From a virus (Duplodnaviria; Heunggongvirae; Uroviricota; Caudoviricetes), in the IMG/VR virus record IMGVR_UViG_2541047807_000007: a stretch of 33,905 bases of DNA. One strand, written 5' to 3'. Below, one piece after another: positions 25,859 through 33,905 of the stretch (its first letter is position 1; every line of letters starts with the position of its first letter). The position numbers and the translations under genes are program-made. The notes beneath the pieces are model-generated. The model did no database searches. It was not told where the DNA came from and saw only the letters and a program-made list of their open reading frames with translations.

Positions 25859-26349
25859 TTTACTGATTCCTCGTGATACAGGCTTATACCTGCCCATTAG
25901 TTATATGGCTCCCGTGCTGCTTCGTAAACGTTCAATAATCAAACAATTGACACTGATCATAAAACCAGTTAGAGGATTTGACTCTAGCTTGGATATATGA
26001 TGATGCCACCCCCTTTATATTGTTGTCGGTAACTCACAGACATTGAACTCATGCTGGTGAGTGAAAGGCTACATAAACGCCCAACATTTAAACTGCCCTC
26101 AGCAGTGTTCGCGGAGCAATATACAGGCTTCGTATTCAATCCTTGCCCTACGAGAAACCCTAGCCGTTGCCTCGTTTTCAAGTGTCAGGAAGTTCTTTGT
26201 CAGACCTCATACAGTCTTGGGCTGGGTGAGGTGCATGGGGGAAGTTGAAGCCTTAACTGTTGAGGTAAATCGAACTATAAGTGTGCAATTTTTCAAGCTC
26301 GGCGCTATTTTAGTATTGAAAACAATTAGTACGCCCCCAAGGACAACTC

Positions 26350-27042
26350 ATGATCGAATTTATCGCAGAGCATATAAACACAGTAAGTACACTTATCTCC
26401 GCTTTGGCAGCATTGCTAACAGCAGTTGCTACATTTTTCTTGTGGAGAGTAACAAGGCTATTAGCAGACGAGACAAAAAGGATGGTTGACGCATCAGTTC
26501 AACCTCATGTCGTTGTGACTCTTGAACCAAATTCTTGGGCTGCTTTTTATTTTGATATCAATATTGCTAATACCGGAAATGCCCCAGCCTATGATATTGA
26601 AGTCGGATTTAATCCCCCACTGGTTAATGCAGAACATAGAAAAAATAAAGGTATACCATTTAGCAAGGTTAGCGTATTGAAAAACGGCCATTCCCTCAAC
26701 AGCAGTCTTTGTAAGTATGACCAGATTAAAGATCAAGTTTATTCTGTTAGTATTAGCTGGTCTAAACAGCCGGGCTCAACTGAAAGAGAGCGGAATGAGT
26801 ATTCTTATGATATGGCTTCTTTCGAGGGGGTTAGCTACTTAGGTGCAAGGAGTCCAATGACACAGATAGCTGAGCAGATGAAAAAGATTAGAGAAGACTG
26901 GAGGCCGATTTCCCAGGGAAGCAAAAAAATTAAAACAGACAACTATAATTCAAGTGACAGAGCCGAGGAACAACGAGCACGTGAAGAGTGGTATCAGACC
27001 ACTGCAAAGAAATGGGATAAAGAAAAGCAAAAAGATAACTAA
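26350..27042 (+). CDS. Cargo membrane-anchored protein (230 aa): N-terminal TM helix, central domain, highly charged K/E-rich C-terminal tail
   Basis: SD AAGGA; hydrophobic segment at residues 12-32 followed by RVTRLL (positive-inside); occupies the P2 Z/fun position between G and FI. Confidence 0.7.
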   Translation: MIEFIAEHINTVSTLISALAALLTAVATFFLWRVTRLLADETKRMVDASVQPHVVVTLEPNSWAAFYFDINIANTGNAPAYDIEVGFNPPLVNAEHRKNKGIPFSKVSVLKNGHSLNSSLCKYDQIKDQVYSVSISWSKQPGSTERERNEYSYDMASFEGVSYLGARSPMTQIAEQMKKIREDWRPISQGSKKIKTDNYNSSDRAEEQRAREEWYQTTAKKWDKEKQKDN

Positions 27043-27209
27043 TACAATTGACCTGCTCCCCATAAATTAGCATACCACAATCTCAGGTCCGCTCTTCGCT
27101 CAAAACAGGCTGTCAGATTTGACAGAATTTTGGTTACGTAATTTGTCAGTTGGAAACAGAGAGAGTACAAATCAAGGCAGGCAAGCTGATTGCCCGCCTT
27201 TTCTTTATC

Positions 27210-27230
27210 TGTTGTTTCATCCACTGACCA
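27210..27230. promoter_or_regulatory. Candidate Ogr-dependent late promoter element (TGTTGT-N12-CCA) upstream of FI
   Basis: Motif shared with the P/O and V upstream regions; centred about 80 bp before the FI ATG, compatible with a -55 activator site. Confidence 0.35.
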
Positions 27231-27302
27231 GCCAGGTCAAATAGCGTCTCATGCACTGCCCAACAGAAAATAGTTGCACCCATTAACCACGGAGTTAAAC
27301 GG

Positions 27303-28493
27303 ATGAGTGACTATCATCATGGCGTGCAGGTGCTGGAGATTAACGACGGCACCCGCGTCATTTCCACCGTATCCACGGCCATTGTCGGCATGGTCTGCAC
27401 GGCCAGCGATGCGGATGCGGAAACCTTCCCCCTCAATAAACCTGTGCTGATTACCAATGTGCAGAGCGCAATTGCAAAGGCCGGTAAAAAAGGCACGCTG
27501 GCGGCATCGTTGCAGGCCATCGCTGACCAGTCAAAACCGGTCACCGTTGTCGTGCGCGTGGAAGACGGCACCGGTGATGACGAGGAAACGAAACTCGCGC
27601 AGACCGTTTCCAATATCATCGGCACCACCGACGAAAACGGTCAGTACACCGGACTAAAAGCCCTGCTGGCGGCGGAGTCGGTAACCGGTGTTAAACCGCG
27701 TATTCTCGGTGTGCCGGGACTGGATACCAAAGAGGTGGCTGTTGCACTGGCATCCGTCTGTCAGAAGCTGCGCGCTTTCGGATATATCAGCGCATGGGGC
27801 TGTAAAACCATTTCCGAGGTGAAAGCTTACCGCCAGAATTTCAGCCAGCGTGAGCTGATGGTCATCTGGCCGGATTTCCTCGCATGGGATACGGTCACCA
27901 GTACCACCGCCACCGCGTATGCCACCGCCCGTGCGCTGGGTCTGCGCGCTAAAATCGACCAGGAGCAGGGCTGGCATAAAACGCTGTCCAATGTCGGGGT
28001 GAACGGTGTTACCGGCATCAGCGCCTCTGTATTCTGGGATTTGCAGGAGTCCGGCACCGATGCTGACCTGCTTAACGACTCAGGCGTTACTACGCTGATT
28101 CGCCGCGACGGTTTCCGCTTCTGGGGTAACCGTACCTGCTCTGATGACCCGCTGTTCCTCTTTGAAAACTACACCCGCACCGCGCAGGTGCTGGCCGACA
28201 CGATGGCTGAGGCGCACATGTGGGCGGTGGACAAGCCCATCACCGCAACGCTGATTCGCGACATCGTTGACGGCATCAATGCCAAATTCCGTGAGCTGAA
28301 AACAAACGGCTATATCGTGGATGCGACCTGCTGGTTCAGCGAAGAATCCAACGATGCGGAAACCCTTAAGGCCGGAAAACTGTATATCGACTACGACTAT
28401 ACCCCGGTGCCTCCTCTTGAAAACCTGACCCTGCGCCAGCGTATTACCGATAAATACCTGGCAAATCTGGTCACCTCGGTTAACAGCAATTAA
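27303..28493 (+). CDS. FI: Contractile tail sheath protein gpFI (396 aa)
   Basis: Length and position of P2 FI. Confidence 0.9.
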   Translation: MSDYHHGVQVLEINDGTRVISTVSTAIVGMVCTASDADAETFPLNKPVLITNVQSAIAKAGKKGTLAASLQAIADQSKPVTVVVRVEDGTGDDEETKLAQTVSNIIGTTDENGQYTGLKALLAAESVTGVKPRILGVPGLDTKEVAVALASVCQKLRAFGYISAWGCKTISEVKAYRQNFSQRELMVIWPDFLAWDTVTSTTATAYATARALGLRAKIDQEQGWHKTLSNVGVNGVTGISASVFWDLQESGTDADLLNDSGVTTLIRRDGFRFWGNRTCSDDPLFLFENYTRTAQVLADTMAEAHMWAVDKPITATLIRDIVDGINAKFRELKTNGYIVDATCWFSEESNDAETLKAGKLYIDYDYTPVPPLENLTLRQRITDKYLANLVTSVNSN

Positions 28494-28505
28494 GGAGCCT
28501 GACCG

Positions 28506-29024
28506 ATGGCAATGCCGCGCAAACTCAAGTTAATGAACGTCTTTCTGAACGGCTACAGCTATCAGGGCGTTGCAAAGTCCGTCACGCTGCCAAAACTGAC
28601 CCGTAAGCTCGAAAACTATCGCGGTGCGGGGATGAACGGCAGCGCACCGGTAGACCTCGGCCTTGATGACGATGCGCTGTCAATGGAGTGGTCGCTCGGG
28701 GGCTTCCCGGATTCGGTTATCTGGGAGCTTTACGCCGCAACCGGTGTGGATGCCGTACCGATTCGTTTTGCAGGCTCTTACCAGCGCGACGATACCGGCG
28801 AAACGGTGGCCGTCGAGGTGGTCATGCGTGGCCGTCAGAAAGAAATCGACACCGGCGAGGGTAAACAGGGAGAAGACACCGAGTCGAAAATCTCCGTGGT
28901 CTGCACCTATTTCCGGCTGACGATGGACGGTAAGGAGCTGGTCGAAATCGACACCATCAACATGATTGAGAAGGTGAACGGCGTCGACCGGCTGGAGCAA
29001 CACCGCCGTAATATCGGCCTGTGA
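28506..29024 (+). CDS. FII: Tail tube protein gpFII (172 aa)
   Basis: Length and position of P2 FII. Confidence 0.9.
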   Translation: MAMPRKLKLMNVFLNGYSYQGVAKSVTLPKLTRKLENYRGAGMNGSAPVDLGLDDDALSMEWSLGGFPDSVIWELYAATGVDAVPIRFAGSYQRDDTGETVAVEVVMRGRQKEIDTGEGKQGEDTESKISVVCTYFRLTMDGKELVEIDTINMIEKVNGVDRLEQHRRNIGL

Positions 29025-29032
29025 TTTTCATA

Positions 29033-29051
29033 CGGTCAGCCAGGCTGACCG
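29033..29051. other. 19-bp palindrome CGGTCAGCC-A-GGCTGACCG between FII and E
   Basis: Seen in sequence; possible attenuator hairpin or binding site; no T-tract. Confidence 0.3.
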
Positions 29052-29080
29052 GTTAACCCCGATTCAGAAGTGAGAAAACC

Positions 29081-29356
29081 ATGAACAAAGAAAATGTGAT
29101 TACCCTGGACAATCCGGTCAAGCGTGGTGAGCAGGTTATCGAACAGGTCACGCTGATGAAACCTAATGCCGGGACGCTGCGCGGTGTCAGTCTGGCTGCG
29201 GTCGCAAACTCCGAAGTCGATGCACTGATTAAGGTGCTGCCGCGCATGACGGCACCGATGCTGACCGAGCAGGAGGTCGCCGCGCTGGAACTGCCTGACC
29301 TTGTGGCGCTGGCCGGTAAGGTGGTCGGTTTTTTGTCTCCGAACTCGGTGCAGTGA
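29081..29356 (+). CDS. E: Tail assembly chaperone gpE (91 aa)
   Basis: Length and position of P2 gpE, immediately upstream of the tape-measure gene. Confidence 0.88.
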   Translation: MNKENVITLDNPVKRGEQVIEQVTLMKPNAGTLRGVSLAAVANSEVDALIKVLPRMTAPMLTEQEVAALELPDLVALAGKVVGFLSPNSVQ

Positions 29357-29508
29357 CGTTTCCGAAAAATCTGTCGGTCGATGACCTGATGGCAGATGTG
29401 GCAGTGATATTTCACTGGCCGCCATCAGAACTGTATCCCATGAGCCTGACCGAACTCATCACATGGCGCGAAAAGGCGCTCCGGCGAAGCGGAAACACGA
29501 ATGAGTAA
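29081..29508 (+). CDS. gpE+E' extended chaperone made by programmed -1 ribosomal frameshift at the slippery heptamer T_TTT_TTG (29329-29335)
   Basis: The slippery sequence lies in the E frame at codons G83-F84-L85; the -1 frame stays open for 59 codons to a TAA that overlaps the T start. This is the conserved tail-chaperone frameshift. Confidence 0.7.
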
Positions 29509-31948
29509 CAATGTAAAATTACAGGTATTGCTCAGGGCTGTTGACCAGGCATCCCGCCCGTTTAAATCCATCCGCACAGCGAGTAAGTCGCTGTCGGGGG
29601 ATATCCGGGAAACACAAAAATCACTGCGCGAGCTGAACGGTCAGGCATCCCGTATTGAGGGATTTCGCAAGACCAGTGCACAGCTCGCCGTGACTGGTCA
29701 TGCACTTGAAAAGGCTCGGCAGGAAGCCGAAGCCCTTGCCACACAGTTTAAAAACACCGAACGTCCGACCCGTGCTCAGGCGAAAGTGCTGGAATCCGCA
29801 AAGCGTGCGGCGGAGGACTTACAGGCGAAATATAACCGCCTGACGGATTCCGTTAAACGCCAGCAACGGGAACTGGCCGCTGTGGGAATTAATACCCGCA
29901 ATCTTGCACATGATGAGCAGGGACTGAAAAACCGTATCAGTGAAACCACCGCACAGCTTAACCGGCAGCGCGACGCGCTGGCGCGTGTCAGTGCGCAACA
30001 GGCAAAACTTAACGCAGTCAAACAGCGTTATCAGGCCGGAAAGGAACTGGCCGGAAATATGGCCTCAGTAGGCGCTGCCGGTGTGGGGATTGCGGCGGCG
30101 GGAACGATGACCGGAGTTAAGTTGCTGATGCCCGGTTATGAGTTTGCGCAGAAAAACTCAGAATTGCAGGCCGTGCTCGGAGTGGCAAAAGACTCCGCCG
30201 AAATGACCGCACTACGCAAACAGGCGCGCCAGCTCGGCGACAATACCGCCGCCTCGGCGGATGATGCGGCCGGTGCACAGATAATCATCGCGAAAGCGGG
30301 TGGAGATGCTGCGGCTATTCAGGCGGCAACGCCGGTCACGCTGAATATGGCACTGGCGAATCAGCGGTCGATGGAAGAAAACGCGCAACTGTTGCTGGGG
30401 ACTAAGGCATCCTTTCAACTGTCAAATGATGATGTCAGCCATGTGGGCGACGTGTTGTCGGCAACGATGAATAAGTCGGCGGCTGATTTTCAGGGGCTCA
30501 GTGATGCACTGACTTACCTCGGGCCGGTTGCGAGGACGGCGGGTGTAAGTCTTGAGCAGGCAGCGGCCATGACAGGTGTGCTGCATGACAATAACATCAG
30601 GGGGTCAATGGCGGGTACTGGTAGTAGTGCCGTTGTCACCCGATTACAGGCTCCGACAGGGAAAGCATGGGAAGCACTCAAAGAGCTTGGCGTTAAAACC
30701 TCGGACAAAAAGGGAAATATGCGTCCGTTGTTCACCATTCTGAAAGAGATTCAGGCCAGCTTTGATAAACACAAGCTGGGAACGTCTCAGAAGGGGGAAT
30801 ACCTTAAAACCATTTTTGGTGAGGAAGCCCTGAAATCAGCGAACGTTTTACTGGCAGCGGCTGCAAGCGGAAAACTGGATAAGCTGACCGCCACGCTGAA
30901 AGCCTCGGACGGTAAAACGGAAGAGCTGGTTAAAATCATGCAGGATAACCTCGGCGGTGACTTTAAGGAGTTTCAGTCTGCTTATGAGGCGGTGGGGACT
31001 GACCTGTTTGACCAACAGGAAGGCGCACTGCGTAATCTCACGCAGACGGCCACAAAGTATGTGTTAAAACTCGACGGCTGGATCCAGAAAAACAAATCAC
31101 TGGCGTCAACCATCGGCCTTATTGTCGGTGGCGCACTGGCGCTTATTGGCATCATCGGTGCAATTGGTCTTGTAGCCTGGCCGGTTATCACCGGCATTAA
31201 TGCCATCATCGCGGCAGCAGGCGCAATGGGGGCAATCTTCACGACGGTTGGCAGTGCTGTTATGACGGCCATCGGGGCGATTAGCTGGCCGATTGTGGCT
31301 GTGGTGGCCGCCATTGTCGCCGGGGCGTTGCTTATCCGTAAATACTGGGAGCCTGTCAGCGCATTCTTTGGTGGTGTGGTTGAAGGGCTGAAAGCAGCAT
31401 TTGCGCCGGTGGGGGAGCTGTTCTCGCCACTGAAACCGGTGTTTGACTGGCTGGGCGAAAAGTTACAGGCCGCGTGGCAGTGGTTTAAAAACCTGATTGC
31501 CCCGGTCAAAGCCACCCAGGACACCCTGAACCGTTGCCGTGATACTGGCGTCATGTTCGGGCAGGCACTGGCTGACGCGCTGATGCTGCCGCTTAATGCG
31601 TTCAACAAACTGCGCAGCGGTATTGACTGGGTACTGGAAAAACTCGGCGTCATCAACAAAGAGTCTGACGCACTTGACCAGACTGCCGCCAGAACTCATG
31701 CCGCCACGTATGGCACAGGTGGTTATATTCCGGCGACCAGCTCTTATGCAGGCTATCAGGCTTACCAGCCGGTCACGGCACCGGCTGGTCGCTCTTATGT
31801 GGACCAGAGTAAAAACGAATATCACATCAACCTGACGGGCGGTACTGCGCCGGGGACACAGCTTGACCGCCAGTTACAGGATGCGCTCGAAAAATACGAG
31901 CGGGATAAACGTGCGCGCGCCCGTGCCAGCATGATGCATGACGGTTAA
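29501..31948 (+). CDS. T: Tail tape measure protein gpT (815 aa)
   Basis: Long coiled-coil-rich protein with Gly/Ala-rich hydrophobic segments; 815 aa as P2 gpT. Confidence 0.9.
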   Translation: MSNNVKLQVLLRAVDQASRPFKSIRTASKSLSGDIRETQKSLRELNGQASRIEGFRKTSAQLAVTGHALEKARQEAEALATQFKNTERPTRAQAKVLESAKRAAEDLQAKYNRLTDSVKRQQRELAAVGINTRNLAHDEQGLKNRISETTAQLNRQRDALARVSAQQAKLNAVKQRYQAGKELAGNMASVGAAGVGIAAAGTMTGVKLLMPGYEFAQKNSELQAVLGVAKDSAEMTALRKQARQLGDNTAASADDAAGAQIIIAKAGGDAAAIQAATPVTLNMALANQRSMEENAQLLLGTKASFQLSNDDVSHVGDVLSATMNKSAADFQGLSDALTYLGPVARTAGVSLEQAAAMTGVLHDNNIRGSMAGTGSSAVVTRLQAPTGKAWEALKELGVKTSDKKGNMRPLFTILKEIQASFDKHKLGTSQKGEYLKTIFGEEALKSANVLLAAAASGKLDKLTATLKASDGKTEELVKIMQDNLGGDFKEFQSAYEAVGTDLFDQQEGALRNLTQTATKYVLKLDGWIQKNKSLASTIGLIVGGALALIGIIGAIGLVAWPVITGINAIIAAAGAMGAIFTTVGSAVMTAIGAISWPIVAVVAAIVAGALLIRKYWEPVSAFFGGVVEGLKAAFAPVGELFSPLKPVFDWLGEKLQAAWQWFKNLIAPVKATQDTLNRCRDTGVMFGQALADALMLPLNAFNKLRSGIDWVLEKLGVINKESDALDQTAARTHAATYGTGGYIPATSSYAGYQAYQPVTAPAGRSYVDQSKNEYHINLTGGTAPGTQLDRQLQDALEKYERDKRARARASMMHDG

Positions 31949-31962
31949 GGAGGTAACGAAAA

Positions 31963-32442
31963 ATGATGCTCGCGTTAGGTATGTTTGTTTTTATGCGCCA
32001 GACGCTGCCACACCAGACCATGCAGCGTGAATCAGATTATCGCTGGCCGTCAAATTCCCGTATCGGCAAACGGGATGCCTTTCAGTTTCTCGGTGCGGGT
32101 GAGGAAAACATCACGCTTGCCGGTGTGCTTTATCCTGAACTGACCGGCGGAAAGCTGACGATGACCACGCTCAGACTGATGGCAGAGGAAGGCCGGGCGT
32201 GGCCGTTGCTGGATGGCACCGGCATGATTTACGGCATGTATGTCATCAGCAAGGTGAGTGAAACAGGGAGTATTTTCTTTGCAGACGGCACACCCCGGAA
32301 AATTGATTTTACGCTGTCGCTCACCCGCGTTGATGAATCACTGGCCGCGCTTTATGGCGATATCGGTAAACAGGCGGAATCGCTCATCGGTAAGGCTGGC
32401 AGTATGGCGACTAAATTCACGGATATGACGGGGGCGGGATAA
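31963..32442 (+). CDS. U: Tail protein gpU (159 aa)
   Basis: Length and position of P2 gpU. Confidence 0.88.
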   Translation: MMLALGMFVFMRQTLPHQTMQRESDYRWPSNSRIGKRDAFQFLGAGEENITLAGVLYPELTGGKLTMTTLRLMAEEGRAWPLLDGTGMIYGMYVISKVSETGSIFFADGTPRKIDFTLSLTRVDESLAALYGDIGKQAESLIGKAGSMATKFTDMTGAG

Positions 32443-33605
32443 TGCTGGATGCACTGACATTTGATGCAGGCAGTACGCTGACGCCGGATTACATGCTGAT
32501 GCTCGACAGTAGGGATATTACCGGCAATATCAGCGACCGTCTGATGAGTATGACCCTGACGGATAACCGGGGCTTTGAGGCTGACCAGCTTGATATTGAA
32601 CTGAACGATGCCGACGGGCAGGTCGGGCTGCCGGTTCGTGGCGCTGTCCTGACGGTGTATATCGGCTGGAAAGGTTTTGCCCTGGTATGCAAAGGGAAAT
32701 TTACCGTTGATGAGGTTGAACACCGGGGCGCACCGGATGTGGTCACCATCCGCGCCCGGAGTGCAGATTTTCGCGGGACGCTCAATTCCCGCCGGGAAGG
32801 CTCCTGGCATGACACCACGCTCGGTGCGATTGTTGAGGCGATAGCCACCCGTAACAGGCTGGAAGCCAGTGTCGCTCCGTCACTGGCCGGAATTAAAATC
32901 CCGCACATCGACCAGTCGCAGGAGTCCGATGTGAAATTCCTGACCCGTCTTGCTGAACGCAACGGCGGCGAGGTGTCGGTAAAAATGGGAAAACTGCTGT
33001 TTCTCAAAGCGGGGCAGGGGGTGACGGCCAGCGGTAAAAAAATCCCGCAGATCACCATCACCCGCAGCGACGGTGACCGTCATCATTTTGCGATTGCTGA
33101 CCGTGGAGCCTATACCGGCGTAACGGCAAAGTGGCTTCACACCAAAGACCCGAAGCCGCAAAAGCAGAAGGTAAAACTGAAACGCAAAAAGAAAGAGAAA
33201 CACCTGCGCGCACTGGAGCACCCGAAAGCGAAACCAGTCACGCAGAAGAAAGCGCCAAAAGTACCGGAAGCGCGCGAAGGTGAATACATGGCCGGTGAGG
33301 CTGACAACGTTTTTGCCCTGACCACGGTATATGCCACGAAAGCGCAGGCCATGCGCGCCGCTCAGGCGAAGTGGGATAAGCTGCAACGGGGCGTGGCGGA
33401 GTTCTCCATCAGCCTGGCTACCGGTCGGGCAGATATTTACACGGAAACACCGGTCAAAGTGTCAGGCTTTAAGCGCGTCATAGACGAGCAGGACTGGACA
33501 ATCACTAAGGTGACACATTTTCTGAATAATAGCGGCTTCACGACGTCCTTAGAGCTTGAGGTCAGGCTTTCTGATGTGGAGTACGAAACAGAAGATGATG
33601 AGTGA
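32442..33605 (+). CDS. D: Tail protein gpD (387 aa)
   Basis: Length and position of P2 gpD; overlaps the U stop. Confidence 0.88.
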   Translation: MLDALTFDAGSTLTPDYMLMLDSRDITGNISDRLMSMTLTDNRGFEADQLDIELNDADGQVGLPVRGAVLTVYIGWKGFALVCKGKFTVDEVEHRGAPDVVTIRARSADFRGTLNSRREGSWHDTTLGAIVEAIATRNRLEASVAPSLAGIKIPHIDQSQESDVKFLTRLAERNGGEVSVKMGKLLFLKAGQGVTASGKKIPQITITRSDGDRHHFAIADRGAYTGVTAKWLHTKDPKPQKQKVKLKRKKKEKHLRALEHPKAKPVTQKKAPKVPEAREGEYMAGEADNVFALTTVYATKAQAMRAAQAKWDKLQRGVAEFSISLATGRADIYTETPVKVSGFKRVIDEQDWTITKVTHFLNNSGFTTSLELEVRLSDVEYETEDDE

Positions 33606-33686
33606 TGTTTTTATTTTATCTATTTGTTTTATAAGGATAAATTAACTAGAATGGCACCATCAACAAAACCGGAAGAGGTGCTCGCG

Positions 33687-33905
33687 ATGTTTCATTGTCC
33701 TTTATGCCAGCATGCCGCACATGCGCGTACAAGCCGCTATATCACTGACACGACAAAAGAGCGTTATCACCAGTGTCAGAACGTGAATTGCAGCGCCACG
33801 TTCATCACTTATGAGTCGGTACAGCGATACATCGTGAAACCGGGAGAAGTCCACGCCGTAAGGCCGCACCCGTTGCCGTCAGGGCAGCAAATTATGTGGA
33901 TGTAA
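33687..33905 (+). CDS. ogr: Late transcription activator Ogr, zinc-finger protein (72 aa from internal ATG; track ORF starts 33624)
   Basis: CPLC...CQNVNC four-Cys zinc-finger pattern; SD GAGGTG before the internal ATG; last gene before the prophage end, as in P2. Confidence 0.9.
   Translation: MFHCPLCQHAAHARTSRYITDTTKERYHQCQNVNCSATFITYESVQRYIVKPGEVHAVRPHPLPSGQQIMWM

Noticed and set aside
26051-26489. Track ORFs 26051-26248 and 26061-26489 in the cargo intergenic region
   Set aside because: No RBS, they overlap the well-supported 230-aa gene start, and the composition is not protein-like.
27039-27224. 61-aa minus-strand ORF between the cargo membrane gene and FI
   Set aside because: Lies over the FI promoter region and the terminator-like hairpin; no RBS.
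28663-29425. Alternative-frame and antisense ORFs over FII and E (28663-28920, 28680-29003, 29036-29425, 29053-29415)
   Set aside because: Shadow ORFs; the real additional coding capacity here is the -1 frameshift E' extension, which has no ATG of its own.
1-33905. Search for CRISPR arrays, tRNA/rRNA genes, IS elements and attL/attR
   Set aside because: No regularly spaced direct repeats with spacers, no tRNA-like cloverleaf candidates and no transposase-like ORF were seen; the window begins and ends exactly at the int and ogr stop codons, so attachment sites and any adjacent tRNA lie outside it.

Overview
The window is an essentially complete P2-like (Peduovirus-type) prophage of an enterobacterial host, running from the integrase stop codon (pos 1) to the ogr stop codon (pos 33905). 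The att sites lie outside the window. The backbone follows canonical P2 order: int, C, cox (early switch), B and small early ORFs, A (rolling-circle initiator), cos, Q and P (portal, large terminase; minus strand), O-N-M-L (capsid), X-Y-K-lysA-lysB-lysC (lysis), R-S, V-W-J-I (baseplate), H-G (tail fibre), FI-FII-E/E'-T-U-D (tail) and ogr. Protein lengths match P2 gene products after choosing internal start codons for several track ORFs. Four AT-rich cargo loci interrupt this higher-GC backbone: (1) between cos and Q, an OLD-like ABC ATPase with a 145-aa Cys-containing partner; (2) between S and V, a minus-strand 3-TM membrane protein; (3) between G and FI (the P2 Z/fun position), a minus-strand DUF3606-like/92-aa pair and a plus-strand membrane-anchored 230-aa protein; (4) between cox and B, a cox-coupled 154-aa ORF with a convergent 64-aa ORF. 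Locus 1 is the best candidate for an undescribed two-gene anti-phage system. All calls rest on reading the sequence, synteny and recalled family motifs; no database search was run, and coordinates of non-ORF features were counted by hand from ORF anchors and may be off by 1-2 nt.
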